NCBI GenBank assembly: GCA_965220055.1
Contig: CBDCPE010000003.1
Location: 19,374-83,373, forward strand
Length of the DNA stretch: 64,000 bases
From: Dehalococcoidia bacterium
GTDB taxonomy: Bacteria > Chloroflexota > Dehalococcoidia > Lucifugimonadales > UBA3495
Direction: 5' to 3'
The position numbers were made by a program, and so were the translations under genes. Shown here one piece after another: positions 62,989-64,000 of the stretch; position 1 is the stretch's first letter, and every line of letters begins with the position of its first letter. Under the pieces are notes generated by a model, which saw nothing but the letters and a program-made list of their open reading frames with translations, searched no databases and had not been told where the DNA came from.

Positions 62989-64000
62989 TCAGTGCTCGCT
63001 TCCCAGAGTGTCGACCTGGCGATATTCCCCGTCGTGGCCGATAACGGTCAGAAATACTGAATCGGACCCTTGGTTGTCGTCCGGGCCGTATTGCAGTTGC
63101 ATCCCGTCAATGTCTATCGCTTCGGGACTGTGCAGGGCGTTGATGAAGCACTCACGGCTGAGGTCGCGGCCGCACCCTGCCAGCCCTGCAATGCCCAGCC
63201 GCCCGGCCAGGTAACCCTCCAGCGAAACGAAGCTCGGGGTCGATGCCGGGTCGTAGGCAGCCAGAGCGGCCTGGTATTTGGCGACGACGGGTATGGTGGC
63301 GTCATCCGGGGAAGGGACCACCTGGGTGACGTAGATGCCGGCGCCGTCCGGTCCCAACGCTTCCGCCAGCGCCTTGCTGCCCACGAATGAGATCGCCATG
63401 AATACCGGGTCTATCTCCTCGCGCACGGCTTGGACCGTCTTCGCCACCGGAGTGTATGCGCCGACCATGATAACCGCTTCTGGAGCGGCTTCCACGATGT
63501 GGAACACGGCGCCGGTGGTCGCACCGGTGTTACGTTCGTAATACCCCGACGCCGCCGGCTCCAAACCACGCCGCTCCAGAGCGAGAGTAGCCCCTTCCAG
63601 TCCGGCCTGGCCGAAGGAATCGTTCTGGTAGAAGACGGCGATCCGCGTGAACCCGAGATCATCGGTGAGGCGAGCCACCATCTCCTCGGTTTCCTGATAA
63701 TAAGACGCCCGCAGGTTCAGGACGTTGTCCAGTTGCGGGTCGCGCAAGAATTCGGCTCCGGTGAACGGAGCAAGGAACGGTACTCCGGCCGAATTCGCCG
63801 GGAGAAAGGCGGCGCGGGAGGTGGGAGTTCCTACCGCTCCGATCAACGCAAATACGTTGTGTTCGTAGATCAGCAACTGCGTGTTGGACAGCGCGGCATC
63901 CGGTTCGTATCCGTCGTCCAGCGATTCCAGTTCCAACCTGCGACCGTGTACGCCGCCGGCTTGGTTCGCCTCGTGGAACGCCGCCTGTATCCCCAGCCGC
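62989..64000 (-). CDS. Branched-chain amino acid-type ABC substrate-binding protein (LivJ-like), 5' end outside the window
   Basis: ..GGVHGRRLELESLDDGYEPD..ALIGAVGTPT.. is a type-1 periplasmic binding fold pattern. The reading frame stays open to the window edge. Confidence 0.85.
   Translation of the reverse strand, partial: RLGIQAAFHEANQAGGVHGRRLELESLDDGYEPDAALSNTQLLIYEHNVFALIGAVGTPTSRAAFLPANSAGVPFLAPFTGAEFLRDPQLDNVLNLRASYYQETEEMVARLTDDLGFTRIAVFYQNDSFGQAGLEGATLALERRGLEPAASGYYERNTGATTGAVFHIVEAAPEAVIMVGAYTPVAKTVQAVREEIDPVFMAISFVGSKALAEALGPDGAGIYVTQVVPSPDDATIPVVAKYQAALAAYDPASTPSFVSLEGYLAGRLGIAGLAGCGRDLSRECFINALHSPEAIDIDGMQLQYGPDDNQGSDSVFLTVIGHDGEYRQVDTLGSEH

Noticed and set aside
1-64000. Search by eye for tRNA, rRNA or tmRNA genes, transposases, integrases, reverse transcriptases and prophage structural genes.
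   Set aside because: I found no T-loop GGTTCGA(A/T)TCC-type motifs outside coding regions, and no ORFs with recognisable DDE, tyrosine-recombinase or RT motifs. This absence rests on manual inspection only and should be confirmed with tRNAscan-SE, Infernal and HMM searches.

Overview
High-GC (about 60-65% by eye) bacterial chromosomal segment. The gene content and the T-box leader suggest a Chloroflexota (SAR202-like) or other Gram-positive-type lineage; this is inference only. I count about 75 plausible protein genes.

Core functions: trpE/trpG behind a Trp-specific T-box, purA, hisH/hisA, selB, ggt, lhgO, a PduO-type corrinoid adenosyltransferase, and cinA-like and NurA-like genes.

Oxidoreductase-rich metabolism: five paralogous luciferase-like (LLM) flavin/F420 oxidoreductases, a Rieske dioxygenase alpha/beta pair, MDR and SDR dehydrogenases, an amidohydrolase, MmgE/PrpD, and several ABC transporters.

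This backbone is interrupted by small lower-GC accessory islets:
- a duplicated Trp T-box promoter/leader bracketing an antisense HEPN-like gene, next to a DUF6884-like + GIY-YIG-like gene pair (5.3-7.5 kb);
- a hicA pseudogene disrupted by a 17-bp tandem duplication, with an intact hicB (10 kb);
- a frameshifted DUF3800 gene (18 kb);
- an islet with an Eco29kI-like GIY-YIG restriction enzyme, an SPPY amino-methyltransferase and four uncharacterised co-oriented genes (30.3-34.3 kb);
- a hypothetical-HNH-HEPN-like cluster (37.3-38.7 kb);
- an NTase-HEPN fusion (48.9 kb);
- an intact hicAB followed by a coiled-coil/HARE-HTH-like cluster (51.2-53.7 kb);
- a small-ORF islet (61.7-63.0 kb).

A MITE/REP-like palindromic element family occurs at least twice. 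I recognised no rRNA, tRNA, CRISPR array, transposase, integrase or reverse transcriptase. All homology calls come from reading the translated ORFs and recalling motifs; no searches were run.
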